From: Candidatus Cloacimonadales bacterium
GTDB taxonomy: Bacteria; Cloacimonadota; Cloacimonadia; Cloacimonadales; JAFGVF01
Assembly: GCA_963677815.1 (NCBI GenBank)
Contig: OY782499.1
Location: 2,789,252-2,853,251 of the forward strand
Direction of reading: 5' to 3'
DNA: 64,000 bases
The position numbers and the translations under genes are program-made. Below the pieces are notes generated by a model. It was not told the DNA's origin. It did not search any database and saw nothing but the letters and a program-made list of their open reading frames with translations. Positions 52,724-60,836 of the stretch are shown here, piece after piece (the first letter of the stretch is position 1; each line of letters opens with the position of its first letter).

Positions 52724-53213
52724 GAAAGGGGATTAATCTAACTGGGAATGCGGGATTCTAGCCCGCGGTTACGCAGGTGTCATTTAGATGGCGGAGAAAA
52801 TCTCCACCGTCCGACAAATACTCTCCCCGGTCTACACGACCACCCCTCTCAGGCGCTCTAGCGAGCTGAAAGGGGATTGTTTACTCTCCCCGGTCTTATC
52901 GACCACCCCTCTCAGGCGCTCCAAGGAGCTGAAAGGGGATTAATCTAACTGGGAATGCGGGATTCTAGCCCGCGGTTACGCAGGTGTCATTTAGATGGCG
53001 GAGAAAATCTCCACCGTCCGACAAATACTCTTGTCCCCGGTCTACACGACCACCCCTCTCAAACGCTCCAAGGAGCTGAAAGGGGATTGTTTACTCTCCC
53101 CGGTCTACACGACCACCCCTCTCAGCCGCTCCAAGGAGCTGAAAGGGGATTAATACAGGGATGCCCGTGTTCCCAGTTATATATGCGGATGTGGTCATCC
53201 GCCTTCCCAGTTA
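52724..53213 (+). repeat. higher-order repeat: about 208-bp unit x2, followed by two TTCCCAGTTA hairpins. Each unit = 66-nt module + GGCGGAGA-aaa-TCTCCACC hairpin + two 63-bp modules.
   Basis: GAAAGGGGATTAAT occurs at 52724, 52931 and 53141. Confidence 0.9.
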
Positions 53214-53340
53214 TAAAGCTGGAAGGGGATTTTAATCCGAGAGAATCCCCATCTCCCTTCGCTAATACATTCTACATAGCTTTAGCCTAGTAGAAAGCTT
53301 CGGAAGAAAAACCGTCGATTAGAGAGCTTTTTCCTAATAT

Positions 53341-53742
53341 CTAACCAAAGATTATTGCTAATTCTCTTTTGGCATTTTCTGGAGAATCCGATGAATGAAC
53401 AGCATTAGCAGTCATTGTATCAGCATAGAGAGCTCTTATAGTTCCTGCTTCTCTTTTAGCAGGATCAGTGTCTCCATTAATTTGTCTAAGTCTTTTAATG
53501 GCATCTTCTCTTTCGAGTTTAACAGCAATAGTAACCCCTGATTCCATAAAGTTCTTAAGGTTAGTAAAGAAAGTCTTTCCGATATGGTCTTTATAGAAAT
53601 CATTGATTAGCTCTTCATCAAAGGTAAAATATTTGAGGTCTTTAATTAGGAAATTATCTTTTTCAATAATTGAAATAATTTCACCAACATTTTTGTTTTT
53701 AACTGCGTTGGGTTTTATGAGAAGTAAAGTTTGTTCAAGCAT
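53341..53742 (-). CDS. ndk: nucleoside-diphosphate kinase
   Basis: MLEQTLLLIKPNAV..., and NAVHSSDS with the catalytic His. The true ATG is at 53742 with GGAGG upstream; the ORF-track start at 53754 is a TTG. Confidence 0.95.
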   Translation of the reverse strand: MLEQTLLLIKPNAVKNKNVGEIISIIEKDNFLIKDLKYFTFDEELINDFYKDHIGKTFFTNLKNFMESGVTIAVKLEREDAIKRLRQINGDTDPAKREAGTIRALYADTMTANAVHSSDSPENAKRELAIIFG

Positions 53743-53752
53743 AAGTCCTCCC

Positions 53753-53780
53753 AAATAAAAAAGAGGGCATTTCAGCCCTC
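53753..53780 (-). terminator. intrinsic terminator downstream of ORF 53807-54127
   Basis: On the minus strand: GAGGGC-tgaaat-GCCCTC followed by TTTTTTATTT. Confidence 0.8.
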
Positions 53781-53806
53781 AAGATATTATTATTACAGTC
53801 GCTCAA

Positions 53807-54127
53807 TTATGATTCCAGAAAATCTAAGGTTGCTACCTTGATTGAAACATCTCTATTGAGGACTTTTGACATTTTAACTTTGTGTTCTAGGATATCTTTC
53901 CAAACATCTAACACTTCATTTTGTTTAAACTCAGAACCTGAATATTGTTTAAGCATATCAACATAAAAAGTATCTCTATCATTTTCAATAAGTGTAATGA
54001 TATATTTAAATCCACCACATGCAAGATCATAATCTTTATATCTTACATCAATCACGCCATACCCTAACTTCAACAAACTATCAAAATTAATCTTGAAATT
54101 CTGGATAGTATTAGTATTATCAGTCAT
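53807..54127 (-). CDS. hypothetical protein (106 aa)
   Basis: ORF only, followed by a good intrinsic terminator. Sits 18 nt downstream of the pilin-like gene. Confidence 0.45.
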   Translation of the reverse strand: MTDNTNTIQNFKINFDSLLKLGYGVIDVRYKDYDLACGGFKYIITLIENDRDTFYVDMLKQYSGSEFKQNEVLDVWKDILEHKVKMSKVLNRDVSIKVATLDFLES

Positions 54128-54145
54128 ACACCCTTCTTAAATTTA

Positions 54146-55501
54146 TTATTCTAAAATTAACCAATCCTGGTCTATCACATTAAATGATTTAATATAATTA
54201 TCCTTGAGTGATTGGTAATTTTCTACTGTTTGAACTTTATTGATTACAGTTTTTATTTCGTTTAAAGATTTGATTCTGCTATCAAGTTTTGCTTTAGCAG
54301 CAAGTAATTTTTCCCAGTTATTAACTTTTTCAGAAATTTCATCTTTAGCCTTTTGACTAGGATTTTTCATTTTGTCATGATTTTCAACAGCATTATCTAA
54401 TGAATTTTTGTTATTTGAAATTGCAGAAGCAATAATAGAATTAAAGTTTTGATAAAATTCAAGGTAAATAGAGATATCTTGATGTCTAAAATTATCTTTG
54501 ATATAAGTTTCAAACGAGATAAATAATTCACGGTCAGATTCTGTGATCAAACTAACATTCAAATCAAAGTCCTCTGGATTAATAGTAGATTTAAAACTAT
54601 TAATAGCTGTGTCTCTTTCTTGAGTAAGAGCAGGAAGCATTTCAATGTTTTCTTGTAAAAAGTTAGGTCCTAGTTTCATGTATTCAGATCTTGGTCCAAC
54701 TTCATAGATTTCATCTTGGATATTATAAATAACTTGAGCACCTTGACTACCAAATTCTTCAGTGGTCTCAGCAACAATAGTAGAATCTGCTGTTAAAGTG
54801 TATGAGAAGTATTTAGCTTGAACTTTATTAAGGTCAACTAAGTTGATATTGCTAAAATTTCTTATTTGATTGTAAGATAAATCATACTGACCATCAACAG
54901 GTTTAAGCCCTTTAACAAAGGTAATAACTTGGATAATTTCGTTATTAAATTGTTCTTCTAAACCAGGAGTAACAAAATCAGCAAATCTTCTTTCAGCTAA
55001 ATCATAAAATTCAAAGAATTTATTGTCTTCTAAGAAAGTTCCTAAATTAGGAAGAACATCATAATCAAAGTTTAATTTAACAAGACTTACATCGTTGACA
55101 TATTTATCAAATTTTGATAAGTAGGCAACTTTTACAAGAGGTCTAACCTCTGTTTGTAAGAAAGTAATATAGTCTTTTTTCTTGGTAAAAGAAAGATATT
55201 TTTTAGCAAAATCTTTTTCGAAATTAACATATTTTAAGAAGTCGTTAACCCCAATATAATATTTAAGTTCTTCACTGTTTAAGCTTTTGATTTCACTTAG
55301 TTTTAGATCCTCAAGTTGACCAGTTTGGTCGTAAGCCTTCAAGATACTATTAACGTTATTCTTCATTTCTCTAATTTTTGGTTGTGCTTGATTAGCCTGA
55401 GTAAATGGCACAATAAATACAATTAAAATACCAACGATCATTACAATCATTAAGTATTCTACTAAAGAAAATGTATGGTCCTTGGTTCCTTTAGCCATCA
55501 T
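54146..55501 (-). CDS. large protein with type IV pilin-like N-terminal methylation/TM segment (451 aa)
   Basis: N-terminus is MMAKGTKDHT-FSLVEYLMIVMIVGILIVFIV (F-S-L-V-E with Glu at +5, then a hydrophobic helix). The residue at -1 is Thr rather than the usual Gly. Confidence 0.55.
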   Translation of the reverse strand: MMAKGTKDHTFSLVEYLMIVMIVGILIVFIVPFTQANQAQPKIREMKNNVNSILKAYDQTGQLEDLKLSEIKSLNSEELKYYIGVNDFLKYVNFEKDFAKKYLSFTKKKDYITFLQTEVRPLVKVAYLSKFDKYVNDVSLVKLNFDYDVLPNLGTFLEDNKFFEFYDLAERRFADFVTPGLEEQFNNEIIQVITFVKGLKPVDGQYDLSYNQIRNFSNINLVDLNKVQAKYFSYTLTADSTIVAETTEEFGSQGAQVIYNIQDEIYEVGPRSEYMKLGPNFLQENIEMLPALTQERDTAINSFKSTINPEDFDLNVSLITESDRELFISFETYIKDNFRHQDISIYLEFYQNFNSIIASAISNNKNSLDNAVENHDKMKNPSQKAKDEISEKVNNWEKLLAAKAKLDSRIKSLNEIKTVINKVQTVENYQSLKDNYIKSFNVIDQDWLILE

Positions 55502-55626
55502 TCCTCCATCTAGAATTTCAATTTAAGCAATTTCACTATCACACTTCATTTTGTCAAAGTATTTTTTTTCTTTTTAGCTAGAATGAGCTTTTTTTGGGAA
55601 AATAGGAGGTGTTACAATAAACTACA

Positions 55627-55821
55627 CTATGGACTGAGACCATCTTGGTCTCAGGTGGAAGTAAGGATACTTCCACTCCATACTCCAAAAATGTGACAGC
55701 TGCATAACCACGGGCTGGAATCCCACGACCCTATGGACTGAGACCATCTTGGTCTCAGGTGGAAGCAAGGATGCTTCCACTCCATATACTTCTGCGTAAC
55801 CACTGGCTAGAATCCACGACC
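55627..55821 (+). repeat. 104-bp unit x2 containing two hairpins each (CTGAGACC-atctt-GGTCTCAG; GTGGAAGY-aaggat-RCTTCCAC)
   Basis: CTATGGACTG occurs at 55627 and 55731. Confidence 0.9.
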
Positions 55822-55831
55822 TCAGGTTAAA

Positions 55832-57238
55832 CTAAGTTAAAGAGTTACTTTTCCATATTACAAACAAATAAATTCCAACTAGAAAAGAAAATCCAGCAAG
55901 ATTAAGAAAAATATTAAAAGAAGGTGTGATATAATAGATTATAATTAAAATTACGCTAGGTAAACTGTAAGCAAATAATTTCATAATGGTTTTTGTGATA
56001 TGACCATTAAGTAGTTTATAAACTAAGCCAATAAATATAAGATGCATAAGAATACTTGCTATGACATAGTAGAGTAAAGCAGTTTGAAAGCCTGAAAAGT
56101 GGCCTAGATAGATAGCAAGAGATTTAACAATTAAACTAATAATCTTATAAATCATTTCAGTATGGGGTAGTTCTAAGACATAAGGAATACTAGATATGGG
56201 GTTCATTAGCATAGTTGTGGCTAATGAAAAAGCAAGAATTTTAACTATTGGAAGTGCTTCATTCCATTTATCACCAAAGATTATTGGAACAAAATTCAGA
56301 ATATAAATTACGAAAAGGAAAAAGAGAGGAAAAGCATAGATAGTAGTAATTTTCAAGAACTTATCAATCTTGAATTTAATATCTTGCTTGCTCATAAAAG
56401 TAAAAGTTGGAAATAAAACCTGTCTAAGAGAGTTACAGGCTAATACAACTGCTTGTCCAATTAGCTGATTTGCTAGATAATAAACTCCTATCAGGATTGG
56501 ATCAAAAAGTATTCCTAGGATTATGACAGGCAAATCATTAATTAACATAGATACAATATTATTTAAGCTAGCAGTCAGGAGAAATCTTCTATTATCCTTA
56601 TAGGAAGTTAGGAAACTTGTAAAAGTCTTGTAAGAGAATAAATTACTAAGAGTCTCTTTGGACAGTTTATAATCCATTATTAGCAGGAGAATAAGCTCTA
56701 CTAAATTACCAAAATAGAATATTATTACCAAAGAATAGATATCAAGCTTATAGAATAAAAAGATAAGAATTAATCCTGAATAAACTATAACATTAATAGT
56801 TTCGATAATTGATAAACTCTTGAACCTTAAACTCTTTTGATAATAAGCCCTTAGAGATGTTCTTAAGATTTCTAAAACTAATAAAGGACTTAGCTTTAAT
56901 AATAAATCTGTTAAGACAGGGCTATTATAGTAACTACCAATATAAGGAGCTAAAAGATATAAGAGAACAGAACTGATAAGTGATATAAAGAAAGAAAACT
57001 GAAAAAGTTCATGAAATATCTTTTTTGTCCTTTCTTTTTTTACTATTAGAAGATCTTGAAAACCTAAAAAAGAAATAGAGGTAAAAATTGCTAAGACAAG
57101 TGAGAACTCTCGAAAAATACCTAAATCTTCCTTGGTAAGTTCTTTAGCTACAAGAAGAAAAACGCCAAATAGAATAGCCTTTCGGAAGATAGCAGTAAAA
57201 AAAGACCACTGGAAAGATTTTAAAGTATTCCTTTGCAT
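55832..57238 (-). CDS. polysaccharide/oligosaccharide flippase (Wzx/MOP-family-like)
   Basis: 468 aa, about 12-14 TM helices, with an N-terminal pattern typical of Wzx-like proteins. Confidence 0.7.
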   Translation of the reverse strand: MQRNTLKSFQWSFFTAIFRKAILFGVFLLVAKELTKEDLGIFREFSLVLAIFTSISFLGFQDLLIVKKERTKKIFHELFQFSFFISLISSVLLYLLAPYIGSYYNSPVLTDLLLKLSPLLVLEILRTSLRAYYQKSLRFKSLSIIETINVIVYSGLILIFLFYKLDIYSLVIIFYFGNLVELILLLIMDYKLSKETLSNLFSYKTFTSFLTSYKDNRRFLLTASLNNIVSMLINDLPVIILGILFDPILIGVYYLANQLIGQAVVLACNSLRQVLFPTFTFMSKQDIKFKIDKFLKITTIYAFPLFFLFVIYILNFVPIIFGDKWNEALPIVKILAFSLATTMLMNPISSIPYVLELPHTEMIYKIISLIVKSLAIYLGHFSGFQTALLYYVIASILMHLIFIGLVYKLLNGHITKTIMKLFAYSLPSVILIIIYYITPSFNIFLNLAGFSFLVGIYLFVIWKSNSLT

Positions 57239-57243
57239 AAACT

Positions 57244-57603
57244 TTACTTTGTAGAGTGTAATCCTAGTCTATTTCCCTCAGTGTCATGGAAAATCGCATA
57301 GAAACCATGATCTTGTAGAGATGTTTTAGCAAGTTCTACTTTCCCCCCAGCAGCTTCAACTCTGAGTAAAATATTATTTAAGTCTTCCCCACCAGTGAAA
57401 TATGGTAAAAACCCTATTTTAGAAGGAGTTAATCCAGGTCCATAAACTAATGCACCAGTTGCTGATTCTGTCTGAAAAATCCCCATTTTATATTCACCTG
57501 CAGCATCTTGCTGAATTTCTATCTGAAAAATCTCACTATAGAACTTACAAGCTCTATCCATGTCTAATACTGGTATATCATACCAAGCTAATTTTCCTAT
57601 CAT
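57244..57603 (-). CDS. VOC (glyoxalase/bleomycin-resistance fold) family protein
   Basis: 119 aa; WYDIPVLDMDRACKFY...; C-terminal FHDTEGNRLGLHS. Confidence 0.75.
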   Translation of the reverse strand: MIGKLAWYDIPVLDMDRACKFYSEIFQIEIQQDAAGEYKMGIFQTESATGALVYGPGLTPSKIGFLPYFTGGEDLNNILLRVEAAGGKVELAKTSLQDHGFYAIFHDTEGNRLGLHSTK

Positions 57604-57620
57604 TTTGTCTCCTTTTTTCT

Positions 57621-57795
57621 TAAATCCCCCTTGGTGAGGGGGAAAACAGGGTGTGTTCCTTTATAATCCCCCTTAGTGAGGGGGAAAACAGGGGGTGTTC
57701 CTTTATAATCCCCCTTAGTGAGGGGGAAAACAGGGGGTGTTCCCTTATAATCCCCCTTAGTGAGGGGGAAAACAGGGGGTGTTCCTTTATAATCC
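57621..57795. repeat. tandem array of a 42-bp hairpin unit, 4 copies + partial (AATCCCCCTTAGTGAGGGGGAAAACAGGGGGTGTTCCTTTAT)
   Basis: AATCCCCC occurs at 57623, 57665, 57707, 57749 and (partial) 57791. Each unit contains CCCCC-ttagtga-GGGGG. Confidence 0.95.
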
Positions 57796-58857
57796 GAGAT
57801 TATACCACTCAACAACTTTACTCTTAAGATAATCAGCAGTTTCACTGTTTATGCCTGTTGGTAAGTATAAGGTATTTTCTGGGCTATCTGAAAAGATCTC
57901 TTGATAGAAACAGAGTGCTGCTAAATAAGTACCTTGCATGGAGGGATGTGAGCCATCTCCAGAGTATAAAGAAACAGTATGTTCATCTTCGAAAACATAG
58001 TTAAATATTTGTCCCACAGGTACAACTATTGCATTTAGGTTTTGACCTGCTTGCAAATAAGCTGATGATAAGCCTTCAATCTGACTTTGGTCGTATTCTC
58101 TTGCCCAGGTCATAAAGAAGCAAGTTTGTGCCCCACTTAAATCAATTAAACTATCAAGTTTACTAGCATAAGTGAAAAATGTATCAGGGTCAAGAATTGG
58201 CATCTGACTTTGTTCCTGTAGGACAACCATGTCCCAGTTTCCATTTAAAATACTTGCTTGAGTACTTGGGTTATCAAAATGATTTTGTAAAGTCATTCCT
58301 CCACCTGTTATAGCTTCAACTTCTATGCTTAGATATTCTTCTGTAGATTGAGCAACACTACTGAACATTACTTCTAAACCACCGTTAGAATAAGTATAAC
58401 TATTACCTATAAAAAGAAAGCGTTCAGGTAAATCAGGTGTAATTTCCCAATCAACAACTATTTCAATTGAGCCTGTATAATCATTTATTACCATTGTTAG
58501 GTTAACTAAAGATGTCTGACCAGGTAATACTTCAACTTGAGTTTCTCCATGGGCTATAATATATTGATTCGAGAATAGATCAACTTCTAAATCCCATAAG
58601 CCTGGATTCAAATCATCAATTGTTCCACTGGCTGATGTTTCAGAGATTTGCAAGTTTCTAGTAAAACTTTCTTCATCTTTACTTAAAGAAACGATAGCCT
58701 GAGTAACAGTAATTTCAAGTTCTTGCAGGGGTATCAAGGAAATATCTAAAGGAATTGAGCCCTTATCTTCACTGCTAGTTTCAGTTGGATTAGAACTTTG
58801 ACAAGCAGAAAGCAAACTTAGCAGGAGAATGAGAATAAGATAGAATAATCTTTTCAC
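57787..58857 (-). CDS. lipoprotein with SGNH/GDSL-like hydrolase C-terminal domain
   Basis: Lipobox LLSAC. An Ig-like N-domain is followed by FLFIGNSYTYSNGG (block I-like) and GDGSHPS (block V-like). Confidence 0.55.
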   Translation of the reverse strand: MKRLFYLILILLLSLLSACQSSNPTETSSEDKGSIPLDISLIPLQELEITVTQAIVSLSKDEESFTRNLQISETSASGTIDDLNPGLWDLEVDLFSNQYIIAHGETQVEVLPGQTSLVNLTMVINDYTGSIEIVVDWEITPDLPERFLFIGNSYTYSNGGLEVMFSSVAQSTEEYLSIEVEAITGGGMTLQNHFDNPSTQASILNGNWDMVVLQEQSQMPILDPDTFFTYASKLDSLIDLSGAQTCFFMTWAREYDQSQIEGLSSAYLQAGQNLNAIVVPVGQIFNYVFEDEHTVSLYSGDGSHPSMQGTYLAALCFYQEIFSDSPENTLYLPTGINSETADYLKSKVVEWYNLGL

Positions 58858-58865
58858 ACTTACTC

Positions 58866-59660
58866 CTAGAATTGATATAAGTCAGGTCTTCTATCACTGA
58901 AAGCATCATTGTGCTCAGTGACTGTCTTATTTAAAGCTTCAGCAGGACTAATTCTAACAAAATTAATAGCTTCTTCTGTTTTACTGAGAGAAGTTAAAAG
59001 TTCTCCTTTAGTGTTTAAGATTTGGCTCATACCAGTGAAATAAAGGTCTTTATCGCCATTAATCTCTCTTCCTATTCGGTTGGAAGTAATAGAGAAGACT
59101 CTGTTTTCTAAAGATCTGATTGTCATTGCCTTTTGGCACCAAGGAAGAACGAGATTAGAAGGATGGGCAATAATTTGAGCACCTCTGAGAGCTAGACTTC
59201 TAGCAGATTCAGGGAACTGCCAGTCAAAACAAATCATCAGCCCAACTTTAACTCCACCTTTTGCAGGGAATACTTGGAATCCAGTGTCGCCTGCTTGGAA
59301 GAATATTTTCTCTTCAAAGAAAAGGTGAGTTTTCCTGTATGTGAAAATTTGCCCATCAGGATTAAATAAAGAGCAGGAATTATAGACTTTTCCTTGATAT
59401 AATTCAGGAAAGCCAATAACAAGACTACAATCTAAATCTTTAGCTAATCTGGTGAAAAGCTGAGCTGTTTTACCTGTTTTCGCATCTTCAGCAACTGATA
59501 AGACTTCTTCTTGACTATTAAAAACATAGCCTGATGTTGCTAGCTCAGGCAAGACAATTAAATCAGCTTCTTGGTCCTGAAGCATTTCTTCTAAATAAGC
59601 TAAGTTTTCATCAACTTTTAAAAGCTTCGGTTCAAACTGTAACACACCTACTTTATACAT
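58866..59660 (-). CDS. carbon-nitrogen hydrolase (nitrilase superfamily)
   Basis: E-K-C triad contexts LPELATSGY, YRKTHLF, MICFDWQFPE. I prefer ATG 59660 (AGGAG upstream) over the ORF-track start at 59690. Confidence 0.85.
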   Translation of the reverse strand: MYKVGVLQFEPKLLKVDENLAYLEEMLQDQEADLIVLPELATSGYVFNSQEEVLSVAEDAKTGKTAQLFTRLAKDLDCSLVIGFPELYQGKVYNSCSLFNPDGQIFTYRKTHLFFEEKIFFQAGDTGFQVFPAKGGVKVGLMICFDWQFPESARSLALRGAQIIAHPSNLVLPWCQKAMTIRSLENRVFSITSNRIGREINGDKDLYFTGMSQILNTKGELLTSLSKTEEAINFVRISPAEALNKTVTEHNDAFSDRRPDLYQF

Positions 59661-59677
59661 AAAATCTCCTTTTTTAC

Positions 59678-60823
59678 TTAAATTTTCCAAGGTAGAAGAT
59701 AGTCTTTAATTTCTTCATTATAATATCTATCAGTCATAGTAGCAATGAAATCTCTTACTTTCTCAGCTGGAGAGAATTTCTCTGAATACTCTTGATTCTT
59801 ATGATTTAGGAATTGCAAGAATATCTTAGAGTTACTATTATTACTTTCAATATCCTGCATATATTTGTCAAAAAGAATATCCATAGACCTGTTAATGATT
59901 TGATTAGCTTGTTTAACATTTTCATCAGTATAGATATACTTATAGTTGAAATTCTTGAGTTTCAACAAATAATGAGATGTCTCTTCATCAAAAGCTATAT
60001 GTTCAGTTTCATAACTATTAACAATTACGCTTTTTACTAAAGTATCAATTATCTGAGAATTAGTATTTCCTAAGAAATCGGTGCAGTCTTTAGGAAGCTG
60101 GTCACTTTTGAGAATTTTAAAACGGACAGCGTCCTCGATATCTTGCCCTATATAAGCTATTGTATCAGATATTCTAACAACACATCCTTCCATTGTTGCT
60201 GGCATCCAAAGAGCATTTTGGTCATTTGTTTTCTTTTCTATATAGTCTTTGATATCTTTCTCTGTTTTGTCTCTTTGGGGTTTTAACACTGTATTATGGA
60301 CTTCTCCATCATGGGAAATAATTCCATCTCTTACCTGAAAAGTAAGATTCATACCTCGTCCCTTCTTGGCAATATGATCTACTATCTGCAAGGATTCAAT
60401 GTTATGGTGAAAGGAACCAATCCCATACTTGCGACAAACTCTTGATAGAGCTTTTTCTCCATCATGCCCAAAAGGACAATGACCTAAATCATGTCCTAAA
60501 GCAATAGCTTCAATAAGTTCTAAATTTAAATTCAATGCCTTACCTATGGTTCTAGAAATTTGAGAAACATAAGTAGTGTGAAGATTTCTATTGGTCATTT
60601 CTTCATCAATTAAATTTGTAAATGAAAAAACCTGTGTCTTCCCATGATATCTTCTATAAGCACCACTGTAGAGTATTCTATCTCTATCTAAGGCAAAATT
60701 TGTTCTGATATGCTCTTTTGGTTCTGCTTTAAGTCGAAAAGCCTGACTATCCTTAAAAGCATAAGGAGAAAGTTTTTCATAAGTATTTTCTACTATTTTC
60801 CTAAATATCTCTTTTTTATTCAT
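59678..60823 (-). CDS. dGTPase-like HD-domain triphosphohydrolase
   Basis: FALDRDRILYSGAYRRYHGKTQVF, and HD motif ALGHDLGHCPFGHDGE. Confidence 0.8.
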   Translation of the reverse strand: MNKKEIFRKIVENTYEKLSPYAFKDSQAFRLKAEPKEHIRTNFALDRDRILYSGAYRRYHGKTQVFSFTNLIDEEMTNRNLHTTYVSQISRTIGKALNLNLELIEAIALGHDLGHCPFGHDGEKALSRVCRKYGIGSFHHNIESLQIVDHIAKKGRGMNLTFQVRDGIISHDGEVHNTVLKPQRDKTEKDIKDYIEKKTNDQNALWMPATMEGCVVRISDTIAYIGQDIEDAVRFKILKSDQLPKDCTDFLGNTNSQIIDTLVKSVIVNSYETEHIAFDEETSHYLLKLKNFNYKYIYTDENVKQANQIINRSMDILFDKYMQDIESNNSNSKIFLQFLNHKNQEYSEKFSPAEKVRDFIATMTDRYYNEEIKDYLLPWKI

Positions 60824-60836
60824 AAGACCTCAATTG

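Noticed and set aside
52955-53290. ORF-track ORF (111 aa) across the higher-order repeat block
   Set aside because: Composed of repeat modules, with no RBS and no coherent protein-like composition. The ORF 57600-57845 (minus strand, KGDYKGTPPVFPLT x4) was rejected for the same reason: it is the 42-bp array and it overlaps both neighbouring genes.
53743-53754. Longer N-termini given by the ORF track for ndk (53754), ORF 15686 and ORF 52029
   Set aside because: These track starts are TTG codons. In each case an in-frame ATG with a good GGAGG/AGGAG RBS lies downstream (53742, 15740, 52104), and two of the extensions run into repeat elements.
59678-60823. dGTPase-like HD protein as an antiphage dNTP-depletion defence gene
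   Set aside because: The family includes defence dGTPases. However, this copy is embedded in and translationally coupled with housekeeping-type genes (nitrilase-family, trmB), and has the size and motifs of the ubiquitous short dGTPase-like proteins. Nothing in the sequence argues for a defence role.
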